This document shows, in pieces, positions 49,001-61,448 of a stretch of DNA of 64,000 bases. The first letter of the stretch is position 1; each line of letters opens with the position of its first letter. The translations under genes and the position numbers were made by a program. The DNA is from Botryllus schlosseri (lineage: Eukaryota): assembly GCA_051294905.1 (NCBI GenBank), contig CM119373.1:4652001-4716000 (forward strand), read 5' to 3'. Under the pieces are notes generated by a model. It had not been told where the DNA came from and ran no database searches. It worked only from the letters and a program-made list of their open reading frames with translations.

Positions 49001-52000
49001 ATTGAATGAGTTGAGGGAAGATATAATAGTTTGTTCATTTCAAAATTTAGCAGTGAGCTTATATCAGGAAATAGCAACATCGTTTTTGTTTTAAACTCAC
49101 AAATTTATACAATAAAATTTAGGCGATATACCGATCTACCGTATAAAGTTTGATCTAAAATTCTAATATCGTTTTGCACGGTATCGAGATAATATGATTC
49201 AAAATTACCGTAATGCAACGCCTCAGTTATTTGCGCGGCGATCCCACGAAATCAGCTGTGTTTCCGCGGGAACCAAATTGAAGCGGCAAACACCTTTCAA
49301 CCACCGAGTTTTATAAACACAGATGACCTAATGGTTCGACTTACATCTTACCATCATATTCGATCAACTTCTACTCTGAACTCAATAATGATAGTTATAA
49401 TATTCATTTAGTGAATGTAGGAAGTGGCACGCACACAAAGCGAAGATCTTAATATCTGATGCTGATTGATCAACCGGGTCGGTTACGCTTTAGTGACTCA
49501 GAAATCGAGGATCGAAAGCGAGAAGCGGAAAGGGAAAGATGGCGAATATGTCTTGCAGTTTTACTATGATGCGAATTTCTTATCCTCACTGCACAGGGCA
49601 ATAGTTGTACGCTTTAGAATATGATTCCTGTTCATCCTGTTAAGGGATGCGTTATGAACGCATTCTATTCTCGCTGGCCTATACCGGTTACGATATTTGC
49701 TCTATCTGACGGTCGGACGCCATATTGGATATTACGTTACGTGAAGAAATTGAAGGTGAGACGATAATGCACTCATGAGTGTATTTTGCATGCTTCTAAT
49801 TTGCCTTTTCAAATTTGCATGCTTGAGTTAGAGTCATTGAGTCAGATTTGTTCGGTTGAATTATATAGTTGATAACAAGAAGTTACTGCAATTCAATGTC
49901 ATTTTCTAGTATGAAACCATGCTGGTATATCCAGTATGGAATTGGTGTCGGAAGCACACTTGATTGGTCGTCTGGCAGGCTGAATATCACTATCATGAAA
50001 ATTCGACTGGTTTACCAAGTCACCGTAAAAGCTATAAATTATATCTGCTCCAGCCATAGCAGTCACCACAGACCCCTGATTGGAATCGCTAGCCTTTTTG
50101 CCTGATATATCAGGGGAGCAGCGATGATTTAACTTGCTTCCTTACCAACGAAAAAGACATTGGCCGCATATTCCAGGAATTCAACAAATTCGAAAGAGCA
50201 ACAGGACAGAAACTAAATGCGGAAAAAAACGAAATCTTGCATATCAACCAGAATAAGTGTTCGAGCCGAAACCCGATTTACGATAATAAGAAAAAACGAA
50301 GCATAAAAATATTAGGTCAACACTATGGAAAAAATCAGATTGAAGAAACCTGGAGCGAGAAAATTGCGAAAATCAAACGAACACTATATGGCTACCGTGA
50401 TAGAAAACTGACATGGGTAGGAAAGCTTACTATCCTGAACTCCCTGGCATCAAGCCAGATCATATATAATGCGAGGGTAATAACAGCACCCAGAGAATTA
50501 AAAAAAGAGCTAGAAAAGCTATATTACAACTTCTTATGGCACCCCCAAAAGATGGAAGCAATAGCCAGACGAACGCTTATTGCAGAAAAAAAGAGAGGGG
50601 GGGTCGCAATGCCGGACGTGGAATCAAAGTTCAAAGCGTGTGAACTTGAAAAAATTGTCGCGCTGAAAAAATTGGATCAACCGAAGGAGATATGGCATCA
50701 ACATGCCATATACGAAATCGGAACAAAATTGAAACAAATTAACCCCGTGCTCTATAATAACTCTGAGCCGCATAAATTCCCGACACCCAAAAACTGGGTG
50801 GAAAACCTGGAATTAACAAAAAAAATAAAACTCACAAACGATGAATGGGAAGTCGCATCTCACAAAACGCTATACAAAGAAGTCAAGAAACTGAAAGAAA
50901 ACAATCCAAATATTAGAACAAAAAACGGAGACGAAATCAACTGGAATAAAATTTGGCAATCGAAACATGTGGGACATAAAGTAATAACCAACGAGGAAAT
51001 AATTATAAACTACAAAGTAGTCCACGAAGGATTCATATTTGGGGCAAAACGGAAAAGCAGAAACTTGACCCATGACAAAGATAATAAACCGCTCAACCTT
51101 AATTGCAAATTTTGCAATAACGAAAAAGATGACATAAGACACATACTAACAGAATGTAAATATACAAACGAAATTAAACTCCATGTTGAAAGAGCGCTCG
51201 GAATAACAATAATCGAAAATAACATACTCTACAACCATAAAACGGCGAAATTAATGTGGATAATACTATCCATATTAAAGAAGGTTGTGATAAAATTCAA
51301 AATAGCTCTAGATATTGATAATAGAAAAGCAGGAGAGGAAAAAATTGGAAGAAAGATCCTGGAAAAATTCATTACCAGAATGAAAAGAGTACCAGAAAAT
51401 GAAAACATCAGCGAAATTATCGCAAAAACTGACGGATACCTACAAATTCTGTAGAAATTTTTAAAAGTAAAACCATTGAGATTACAGTGGGGGGAGTAAA
51501 ACATGAGTATAGCAGTAAAATAGAGAAGTTAAAAAGAATGAGAGAAACCGTTTTATCAAGTTGAACCATTTAATCACCTAAGTTGGAAAATATAAAAAAC
51601 AAACTAAAAAAAAAAAAAAAAGAAAGTGTAATCAAGACCCCGAGCGCGAGACAGCCCTACACATACGAGAGGGCTGCCGAACGCCGGCGGATACGGGGAG
51701 CCGTATAAAAAAAAAAAAAAAAAGGAGCAGCGATGATTTTCCAAGTTAAAGTAATTTAATAAAAAATAATTAGAAAAATAAATATAGTGTGAGCACAGGA
51801 CGCCGATTCCAAACAGGCACAGACCTTGGTAATGTAAATATCGTCATTTCTGCATGAGAGTGTGGGCATCGTGCTATTATATTTCATGTGTATGAATGCG
51901 AGTGCGCGCGATAAAATTATAAAACATAAATTGAAATTATATGTACGGTATTGAAATTATTTAGCCTAAGCAATAAATATGTTGGCAGACAGCCAAAAGA

Positions 52001-55000
52001 TGAAACATCTTGATCCGGACATGCTCTAGGTAAGAGTGATGCTTTCAAACTTACCATCATTAGAAAGAATGGTTAGTGCCTGTGGTACAGTTTGAGTTGA
52101 AGGGGCACTGCTCTCTAAATATGACGTGGTCTCAAATTAATCAGTACAAAAATTTCATTCGCATCAGCTATTCCGTACAGAAAGCCACTGTAAAGAAATT
52201 GTAGCTAAAAGATAATTGAAACTATCTCCATTTCACACTAGCTGCCTAAATCAATGTACTATATTGTATCGAGGTTGCTTTGTTTTTATTGCTTCACCTG
52301 TTGCAAAAATGTTTGAGTTTCGGTTCCACACATTCAATCTCCTAATGAAATTTTAATTCCGGTTCAGTGCATATTTCAAAATTTGACTGCTTTGCTTTGT
52401 AGAAAGCTGTTTCGACTTATGTACCTGAAGACGAAGTAAGCGAGATCAACGCGGTTCGAAATATCCTGGTTGATAGAATGAAGCGGGCGTTGATATCCCG
52501 AGGAGACAAAATGCTGTAATGTTATGGGTATGTTCTTCTCTTTCTGTTATCTATGTATTTGTTCCAATAAAGCTGTTGATTTTGAGAGAAGCCGTGATCT
52601 CTTCAAATATTTGTACCAAGTAGTTAATCTCTATCTATTAATTGCCTCTCATGATATATCGTATTCATTAGTCATGCTGAAATTGCATGACAATCGAAAT
52701 CAGGCCATACCTCAATACGTGCACCGTTTTTTATCTAAAGAAATACGTGTATATGAAGCGACACGTCGATGCACTCTTCGATATGCTGTGTCTTGTAATG
52801 AGTTAATGCTCATCTGCATATATCAAGTGATGAACTTTGACTCAATAAGATATTTTGTGATTGTGTTACAGCATCTCCAAATCTAGACCGGATTGTTTCT
52901 ATACCTACCATTCTGCATGAAAGATAATATGTTGATCAGGTACGTCAAATAATCTTTGTTTTTTTTTGAAAGGTTTACATTTGATTCTGATGGAATATAA
53001 TTTAGAGAAGTGTTTGCATGGGAATGAATCACCATTGACATTTTATTGCCGCAACCGCAACCAATGGAATAAGTTCAATGTTGATTACTAAAATAGGTCT
53101 CCACTTTCACCTGGCTACCAAATCAGCATATATGTATTTTGGCTGGAAATTGGGGCTATTCCGTTACTTTCGTCGTTTGGCAGGTCTACTTATGGTGAGC
53201 GATACGACAACTTTTTGCGTCAATACTATATTCATATTGTGTCTGAAAAAAGCAATGCCTGGTCCATGCCTGATCATACCCTATATTTCATAAGCTGAAT
53301 ACTATATAGCAGTGGTCGGGAACCTATGGCTCTTTTGGGTATAAGATATGGCTATTTACCAAATATTTATTTTTGTATTGAATTGATCAATATTGCAACG
53401 AGTTGTTGGTAAATTTTAATCGCGGCCAAAATAATTATTCTCGTGGCAGTACAAGTCTTTGAGAGGTAAGGACAATGTCGTGTTCATGTTTGAGTGCTCG
53501 GACCCCCTCTTTTCAAAATCATCAAATTTAAGTAACTGTCACGCCGGTGGCCAATATCACTCGCGACTTCTATGTACCCAACTCGAAATCTTGAATTGCG
53601 CGATACGTTAAGTAATGAAAGAGCATAGCAGATACGGCGGCGCCCATTTCAAAACGCAGTTTTCAAATACGCATTGTCTTCCTGATCTATGTCACGAAAT
53701 GAACTGTTGAGAATGTGACAATTAAAAATTCGAATTACAAACAACGCCATAGCTATCCACGTGTAGTCGCGGCGATAAAATGTATACGTGTAACGCAACT
53801 TTATGTTGACGTCGAATACTTTGAGAAGTCAATAAGTATTTAGATTTTCGTAATCAGTGTGACAGTCACATTCGATTAATATCAGTTGTAAAAAATTCTA
53901 AGCTACATATGAATTGCGTTATCAAGGGTGAGGCTTGGCCCGTCTGTTCTATACCTCTCGTTTCGACCTTCCTTTCCGAACAATAAATACCAGATTTTAC
54001 TGAGAAAATGTAGCGCTCACGAGGAATCCCATGCAGTGAGCTCGAATTAGTGCTACCATGACGTCTTGAATTTTCAATTGTGACGTAATAGTTGATTGAC
54101 ATGTATAGCTCTTTGTTAGTTGGGATGGAAAAAAATAGGGCCAATATGGCTCTTCGGACAAAAAGGTTCCCGACCACTGCTATATAGGCTAGGCTAGGCT
54201 AGTCTAGTCGATATGTATGTTTGCGTGTATATGTTTGACCCTTATTCTTTTTTGTTATATCAACAGACACCCAAGTATGGACCCTGTCCTCTGCTTCGAT
54301 ATGGCGAATGAAGAGTGGGCAGTCAGTTTTGAAGCGGAACACATGACACAAATACACAGCATTCATGAGGTATTGGCAGTGATGATATCAGTTCATTGAG
54401 TATTCAACATGCTATTTTTTACCCAAAATTATAAAATCTCCGACTTTCATGTCAATTAATTTTCATAAGCCGTGATTTGCTCGGTATTGATTAGTCATCA
54501 AAATCAGATATGGCACCCATTTGAAAATTCCTTAGCAAACAAAGCACTTGCTCTATAGCAGGGGTGGCCAACCTTTTCAGCCAAATGGCCACACGAAATT
54601 GACGAACCGTTGCGCGGGCCACTTGAATGTTGATGTCATTTTTTTCATTGTCCGATAGGAGCAAACCAGATTAGGTAATGGTAGTAATAGAACCTATAAT
54701 CAAAATCAATAACAATTTGCCATGTGCTAGCTATTGACGTAGCCAGGAGCCAGACACGTTTTCGTAAATTTTATTTGTTGGTATATGACCATAAAGTAGA
54801 ATATTTCGCAGCGGATTTATTTGACTTGGAATTTTTCTTAGCCCTTTGCGCGATTTATGGTCACTTGATTTCTTGCCCCTAATTTACAGAAACGAGTTCA
54901 ACTATAGTGACACGCGCAATGGTTTGTTGGATTATTGTGGCCCTCTGGCCGAAAAGGCTGGTCGCCCCTGAACTATAGTAATTGAAAGATTACAGCAATG

Positions 55001-58000
55001 TCACTTGCTAATAAACTAGCTCCCCGCAATAACTAACTCCTGACTTCAATATTGTATTGTTTACAGAATCTCAGATGGTCGCTACCGGCCGTTTTTCATG
55101 AAGAGTATTGCCACTTCCTATTCATTGATCAGGTACGAAGCTCATCAATGTTATTAGCCTATGAATCGATTATCAACTCCACTATGTAAATTATGCACCA
55201 TTGGTATTTTATTGCCGCAACTAATATAATTCGTTCAATGTTGGCGACTAAGAAAAGATCGCCACTTTCACCTGGCTGCCAAATCTGCATATTTTATTCC
55301 AGCTGTACCAAGTTTAATTTTTTTTCCAAAATCCGTTGTTGCTCTGATATTTTGACTGACTCTCCATTTATGTGTCACAAATACATTGACCGCAACCAAT
55401 GTGATCAAAGTTATGTTGTCATCAACTAGTAAACTTTTGCTCCCCGCAGTACCCAATTTTATTATTGTATTTCTAGATTGGATGGTCGCACTTCGCAGTA
55501 CCCGCCGTTTTTCACGAAAATTATGACCACTTCCTATTGATTGATCGGGTACGAAGTTCATCAATGTTAAATTAGCATGTGAATCTATTATCAATTATCC
55601 TATGTAAATTACGCACCATTGGTATTTTTTGCCGCAACTAACATAATTAGCAATGTTGGTGACAAAAAAAGATTGCAACTTTCACCTGGCTGCATAATCT
55701 GCTTAGTTTATTCCAGCGATTCCCAAACTGTGTGTCGCGGATTTTGAACAAAAAACATGGTATAATATTGAATATAAGCAAAATGTTCACACAAACCTGA
55801 ACCTTTCAGGGTTCTTACCATCCCTTTATTCACGTTATTCTGTTTATATAAGCTCTGAGAGTTTTACTAGTAATGAAGCGAAACTGCCTCGTGATTTCCC
55901 GAATTTAAAAAAATACAAATTAGGTTATCAACTATTTTGAGGCTTCGCGAACCCCCTGAAAATGCTTTGCGGACCCCCGGTTGGTAATGATACATCTTAC
56001 TTCGAAAAGGCAACTTGACTTGTGACTTGACTCGAGTCACTTGAGACGTAATCATACATCTTACTTCGAAAAGGCAACTTGACTTGAATTCTGACTTGAC
56101 TCGAGTCACTTGAGACATATTCATACATCTTGCTTCGAAAAGGCAACTTGACTTGAATTCTGACTTGACTCGAGTCAAAATGACTCGTCACTCGAAGGTA
56201 GTGGCTTGATCCCAACACTGCTGATAGCTAGAAGTATGTGTCTGTGTGATGTGCTGTGTAGATTTGTCCTAATTCTTTTTTGATATAATAACAGACACCC
56301 AAACACGGAAATGGATACCCTGTCATTTGTTTTGATACGACGAATGAAGAGTGGACAGTCGGTTTTGAAGGGCAACGCATGACACAAATACGCAGCTTTC
56401 ATCAGGCATTGGCGGTGATGATATCAATTCATTGGGTCTTCAACATGACATTTTCACCCACGATTGAAAGATCTCTCACTTTCATGTCGATTTTTCTTGC
56501 TCGCGTGCCTAATTTAAAGGCCAGTTTTGCAGTTCGCACCAAACTTCGCGAGATTAGTGACTAATTTGCAAATGAGTTGCCTGAAATAATGACGATGTTT
56601 GGTAATTTATGTCAGCATGTGAGGCATAATGAACACTTCAATAAACATCACAAAAACCGATATGGTATATAAGAGTGCAGCAGGAATAGGCGTTTGACAA
56701 AGATATGGGTTGGTATTGGCAACCGGAGATTGAGCGTTTGATGAAGATTTTCGGGCAGGATATAGGTTGTAATGCCTTGAATTTACTTTTGTCAATAATA
56801 TCCCAAGGTTGATATATCCGGATAGGTAAGGGTTATATCCGGATAGGGGTGGTTAGACCAGTCTACCCTGTGGCGTGGTTGGACCAGTCTACCCTGTGGC
56901 GTGGTTTGACTAGTCTACTCTGTGGCGTGGGATGACCAGTCCACCCTACCCTTCTGATCATGGGGTGGCATTTTGAACCACCTCTAGGGGTGGGCCCAGT
57001 TTTTGCAGTGTAGTATGGATTGTGTGAACGTAAGGTTCAGGTTCGCGTTCCGTGTGTGAACCTCGAAAATTTGGAGTTTCGCGGTCACAGACGCACCTAT
57101 GCAGGCTCTGCACCGTGAAACTTTTATAATATATTGCTATTTTTTCACGTCATTATAACGTGTTTGGTTGAAATGCTTTTGATTTCAAATTCGGACCTCT
57201 CTCTGCACGGCGCGTGCAGTATGAAAAGAAATTCATCACTAAACGACCAGGCACCTGGCCAATTTCAAAATTCATTTGCTCGGAAGTTTGCTCAGAATAT
57301 TCAGCCTTCCGTTTGTGAATCTTTAGTGACTCTTCGCAGTGAGCTTTTTTCACAATCACGCAGTTGCAAGAACGAAATATACTAAATGTAGTAACTCATT
57401 GATTTGTACTTAGTCAGTTAATCAATTATTTTCATCAACAAAATTGATATAAAGTATACATTGATGTCTAATGTAAAAATCTGTCAGGCGTACGGGACCT
57501 ATATTGATTTGATATCATTATTGGATACCCGATTAAGGCGTTGGCTACTGTATAACTTGTTTTTGAAATAATGTCTGGCGCATGTAGAGAAACCGCTGTT
57601 TTACTCTTAGGTATGCATCTGTCCGGTTCCAGCCTAGTCCTCATCGAAATTGCAGGCAAAGCGACGGAGTATATTGATTTTATACAATTATTATTGCATC
57701 TGATTGATTGATGTGCAATGTGCATTATTATATTTCTTTTCGGAAATTCAGGCTTAGAACTAGTAACATGACATCACGTGTAGATTGGTCCTCACACGAC
57801 CCAGAAACGTTCAAGGGTTCGCACAATCCTTACTATATAGTTTCCACAGTGAGTTCTAGTGTGGAGCGGATCCAGAAATTCTCTGGTCTTACTCCGATCC
57901 TGTATTTTAAAGCTCTGGTCCGACTCCGGTCCGAATCCTAGGACGGATTCTAGAAATTACCGTGATCTGCTCCTAAAAACTTCGATAATAATTATCTACT

Positions 58001-58468
58001 CACGGGATGGTATTGGATATTGATCAAACAATGCAAACACGAAATTTGAAATCAAAGATCAAGACCCACCTTTATCTGAAGTAATTGTGCCAATTTGGAC
58101 TTAGCATGTGGTTTATTTCCGTGAACGTTTCACTTTAACTATTGATTCGAGGGTGGAAGAGGGTAAGGCTGTCTTATTCTTCGTAAAAAGTACTGATCCT
58201 GCTCGGATCCGACTCCGGCAGTATCAGAAAAAAGTGTGTTCACGCCATTGATTCATGTGCCAGAATGACGGATACATGACTTCACCTTCAACAACGCGAA
58301 TCAAGATATTTGTGATGGAAAGATATCGACCCCTTCGTTGCGATCCCCATACCTTTATATTTTTGCTATATAACTGCAGACAAAAGCAGCCTTCAACAAC
58401 TTGAGGCATTTTCGGAAAGTCAGAACGGCATTCCTTTCGCTGAATTGGCTCTATTTTTTGAGATTTGA
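43064..58468 (+). CDS. Gene C: divergent paralog; predicted 69-aa product without pentraxin domain, possibly a pseudogene
   Basis: join(43064-43124,45851-45900,46045-46054,58380-58468) gives MMDGTIEGLCKFAALIFCST-GQIVISEDHKYRKTFHI-DHS-DKSSLQQLEAFSESQNGIPFAELALFFEI*; same exon phases as gene B, all GT-AG. Confidence 0.6.
43766..43808 (-). ncRNA. Degenerate hammerhead motif in the PLE 3' pLTR
   Basis: Reverse complement reads atccc TTGATCA g-tatcagc-c GAAA agct TC tgga; two core substitutions. Confidence 0.55.
44858..44902 (+). ncRNA. Degenerate hammerhead motif in the inverted pLTR
   Basis: tccc CTGATGA g-tgtcaga-c GACG agct TC ggga; GAAA changed to GACG; stem I tccc/ggga intact. Confidence 0.6.
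45284..45797. mobile_element. hAT-type MITE with (gactc/gactt) arrays
   Basis: cagggctgtaa / ttacaaccctg; TSD gcatagag/gtacagag. Confidence 0.8.
46045..46054 (+). CDS. Gene C 10-nt micro-exon
   Basis: tatttccgctctag|GATCATTCGG|gtgaga. Confidence 0.75.
46683..48012. mobile_element. hAT-type MITE containing the older MITE 47424-47732
   Basis: caggcctgggcaa / ttgcccacccctg; TSD ttttatag vs gtttata[insertion]g. Confidence 0.8.
48470..48930 (-). mobile_element. tRNA-derived SINE interrupted by a LINE 3' fragment
   Basis: Minus strand A box tagcgtaatgg and B box ggttcgatccc, then accaaagac...ggtatccgccgctatcct|gctagacgctcagcat resuming below 48540. Confidence 0.75.
48540..48820 (-). mobile_element. 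Short LINE-like 3' fragment ending aataaa-(tga)n
   Basis: Minus strand ends aataaaccaatgatgatgatgatg; flanked by duplicated atcct. Confidence 0.55.
50131..51454 (+). pseudogene. Truncated ORF2: RT C-terminal half, thumb and CCHC zinc knuckle
   Basis: DDLTCFL...FERATGQKLNAEK, ILG, LTWVGKLTILNSLASSQ, KRGGVAMPD, CKFC-x8-H-x4-C; no internal stops. Confidence 0.9.
50131..51723 (+). mobile_element. Young 5'-truncated L1/Tx1-type non-LTR retrotransposon
   Basis: 16-bp TSD ggagcagcgatgattt (50115-50130 and 51724-51739); poly(A) tail; uninterrupted ORF2 fragment. Confidence 0.92.
53310..54179. mobile_element. hAT-type MITE
   Basis: 16-bp TIRs cagtggtcgggaacct / aggttcccgaccactg; perfect TSD ctatatag. 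Confidence 0.9.
54559..54970. mobile_element. hAT-type MITE with long imperfect TIRs
   Basis: caggggtggccaaccttttcagcca / tggccgaaaaggctggtcgcccctg; TSD ctctatag/aactatag. Confidence 0.8.
55989..56220 (-). repeat. One end of the (caagt) MITE with a 64-69-bp unit triplicated
   Basis: tacatctt(a/g)cttcgaaaaggcaacttgacttg...ctcgagtca three times, followed by TIR atcccaacactg. Confidence 0.8.
56850..56947. repeat. 26-bp minisatellite, ~3.7 copies, subterminal in the CACTG element
   Basis: Unit ggtt(a/g/t)gaccagtctaccctgtggcgt. Confidence 0.85.
57014..57832. mobile_element. Decayed copy of the (gttcac) MITE
   Basis: tatggattgtgtgaac / gttcgcacaatcctta; collinear with 35914-36844. Confidence 0.75.
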
Positions 58469-58860
58469 GATTTTTTATTAAAAAATAAATAAAAATCGTT
58501 AACTTTAGTAACTGCCAAATGTAAACAGAAGTATCAGTAACATACATATTGGAAATGTCTGTGAAGGCAATGCATTACTTATTCTTGACCATATATTCCA
58601 CTATGTCTATTTGCTATTGTAGCATCCCATTGCATCAGCAACAAGACATTGAAGACACGCTATTTTGGACAGCACACATCATTTAGCTGTATCCTATACA
58701 CAATATGTTGCTGTATTGTATATCTCCACCATTATGAGCGATTTCCTCAACTTTCTGCAAACTGTACATCATAAGACAGTAAACCAGGCGTTGGAAGTGT
58801 AACAGTAGAAGCATCATTCTGATAAGATGAAGTTTCCTTGTATTCTTAACCAAATGTATA

Positions 58861-59055
58861 CACTGTTCCCTCTAATCTGTGTGCCTGCGCAATTGCGCAG
58901 TGCTGACACGGTCTCTGCGCACAGAAAATTCAAGCTGCGCACAAAAAAACGAAGTGATGACTTTTTCTTTAGTCGTTACGCACTATGTTGGTGAAGAAAC
59001 CGCGCAGTGAGTTCGTGAGTGCGTGCAGACTCGTGAAGAATTAGAGGGAACATTG
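58861..59055. mobile_element. Short MITE, same family as 40622-40769
   Basis: cactgttccctctaa / ttagagggaacattg. Confidence 0.8.
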
Positions 59056-59580
59056 CTATGTACAGTGTCGAGTACTCCCTTCAGTTATCACACTACACCA
59101 AAATCTCATTTTACAGCTATGTAGCTATAGCTTAGTTCTATAGTTGTGTAAGCTGCTTTGATACACTACTAAATGTACTTTGGGCGTTACTAAATGTAGT
59201 GCTTGTGCTTTGACGTCATCTGTTTTGGTTTAACTGCTAATATCGCATAATTTTGGCTTGATCTTCACATGAAACATATGATTCCCGTTTACAAGGCTCT
59301 TCGTGTTAACGATTGCGTGTTTAGCGATATTGCTTCAGAATTAGAAAAATACGGTATGCAAACGCTTGAAGACACAGAGGTAGATTCACCAAAGTTGTAG
59401 AAAAAGAGAACTTCACTTACGCAAGATCATTTCATCAATCTGCACTAGTTGTGTCAACATTTTGGAATTTGTCATTTCACTTTGCCCGATTTTAGTATTT
59501 GTAATATGTTATAATAAAATATAATTTCGGAATGATGGTTGCTATTAGAAAATCATGACATAAAACATTGTCTCTTATAC

Positions 59581-61038
59581 CAGGGGTTCTCAAAACATTT
59601 CGCCTCGTGGACCACTTCGGTCTATTTCTGAGTCAAAGTTCTCCCTAAGAGAAAGAAGCTATCAGAGTAAAAAAGGCCATTTTCTCATACAAACATCTTT
59701 TGACCGAAAGATGAGACTGGCGCCGCGGCTTTAAAGCGCTAGGACAAAGATGCCCAAACTATTCCGAATGTGGACCGCATGACACTTTGGTAATGCACCA
59801 CTGACCACGTCCGACTCAATTATAAAAAAAAACAAGGTGTAGCCTACTAATGTCCAAGGGCTTACCCACGAAAAAATTGGAATAGTGGCAAATATTTAAT
59901 GAGTTTGAGTTAATTTTACCGTGTTTGTTTTAAGCCGGTCATCAGTACGTTGTCAACCCCCAAAAGACGACACTCTGGCCCACCATAGGGGGATCAATAG
60001 AAGTTTTCGGGAGTTGGCCATCTGACTTAAACTAGGAAATTCATCACTACCATTCATATAAACAATTTACAAACATGAACAGTACACCCACACCATTTCT
60101 GTAGCGAACCAAGTACCATTTTACGCGATACACGAACGTGGTCGGATGAAGAATGATGACTTATTCATTTATGGATAGTTACTACGGACCATTCTCACAC
60201 AAATTATGTTATGAAAAATGAGTCACATTACTTTACTGGGCCTTTAAAGTCAGTGAATGAATTTGGGCAATTATATTGGTTCTGGCGTATATATTGCATG
60301 TACAGTACATGATCGGATGTACTGGATGTTGTTCTTTGTGGTATTCATGGCGTAAATCGCATATACGTTATCGGATGTATTGATAGAGCTTATGGAAATA
60401 ATATCCTCTAAAATTCTGACCACCCCCGCCTAAAAGAAGTTCTCGAGAGGTCCTCGCAAGTTGTCGTCACGTGGGTGTACTGGTTTGTTTTATTGAATAA
60501 TCTTGGCGCTTATCGCCTAATCTGGTTATTTGCGCCATGATATTGAATGATGTGATGTTCATTCGTCTTTGCCTTTGGTAGTCTTTTCGGACGATTTCCT
60601 GATGCGCATCCATTCATCATATATCTCTCTCGCTTGCATGTGAGTGTTTTGCCGCAGATTTTCGAAATTCGACTTCGCTCTATCAATCTGGGCGTACGAC
60701 AACCTGCAGCACTTGAAAATTTGGCAGAGCCGTGTCTAGAACGTAAAGCCATTGGTGCCGTGACGGTCTCGCTTAGCATAGTGCGGCACTCGCTTCCCGG
60801 CGTGTATTGCTAATAATTTCTTTGTGAAAGCATACAAGCAATTTGGTCGAGAGGCTGTCGCGGAACCAATAAAATCGTCTTACGAGCCGGAATTTTAGCA
60901 CACCTGAACCATCAGTTCAAAGGAAATCAGGGGGGTTTCTACTAAGGGGAATATTCAAAACAACATTTAAACATTATTATAGCTAACTTTCAGGCACGCA
61001 ATTGGAAAGAACTACTATACTCCAGTTGAGAACCACTG
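59581..61038. mobile_element. hAT-type MITE upstream of gene D (decayed counterpart at ~15250-16170 upstream of gene B)
   Basis: caggggttctcaa / ttgagaaccactg; TSD tcttatac/tcttatat. Confidence 0.8.
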
Positions 61039-61448
61039 TCTTATATACGATTACATACATTATATACTACTATGCTCTTGGTGGTTATAAAAACCATTTC
61101 ATGGCAGGTTAATGCAACCTGTGAACACTCGAATGACGAGTGCTATTATTCGTAAACGTCATGAGGCACTTTGCCAAAATGATTGATGCATCTACATCAC
61201 ACGTTCATCCACTTCAATCACTTGGAAGTGTTGCCTATCGATAAGGAAATTACATGAGCGTGGAAATCATTACAATCGACTACTTTAGTGATTCGAGCCC
61301 CGTGTTTGCGCATGACTTATATGACTATACTATGGTATACGCTTACCTCATGGCAGGTGATACTAATACTAGTAAGTAGTGGCTTAGTTATCGGAGGCTT
61401 CATCGCTAAGCGTGATAAATTAAATAGCAATACATCGAAAGTCTTGGG

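Larger units (their letters stand above)
48020..57010. mobile_element. ~9-kb CACTG-ended element hosting a SINE, LINEs and MITEs
   Basis: cactgtaaaaa / tttttgcagtg with TA TSD; gggtgg/ccaccc motifs at both ends; removing it restores the neighbouring element's 8-bp TSD. Confidence 0.6.

Noticed and set aside
49900..50130. About 80 open codons on the minus strand across the LINE insertion site
   Set aside because: No recognisable motif, start or splice signals.
50870..51504. Minus-strand hydrophobic ORFs
   Set aside because: Antisense to the A-rich LINE ORF2.
51698..51706. gagccgtat resembling the start of group II intron domain V
   Set aside because: Followed directly by poly(A); the rest of domains V and VI is absent.
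58623..58773. Phase-1 acceptor opening a 50-codon Cys-rich frame after gene C exon 4
   Set aside because: No convincing donor before the exon 4 stop and no similarity to pentraxin or other paralog exons.
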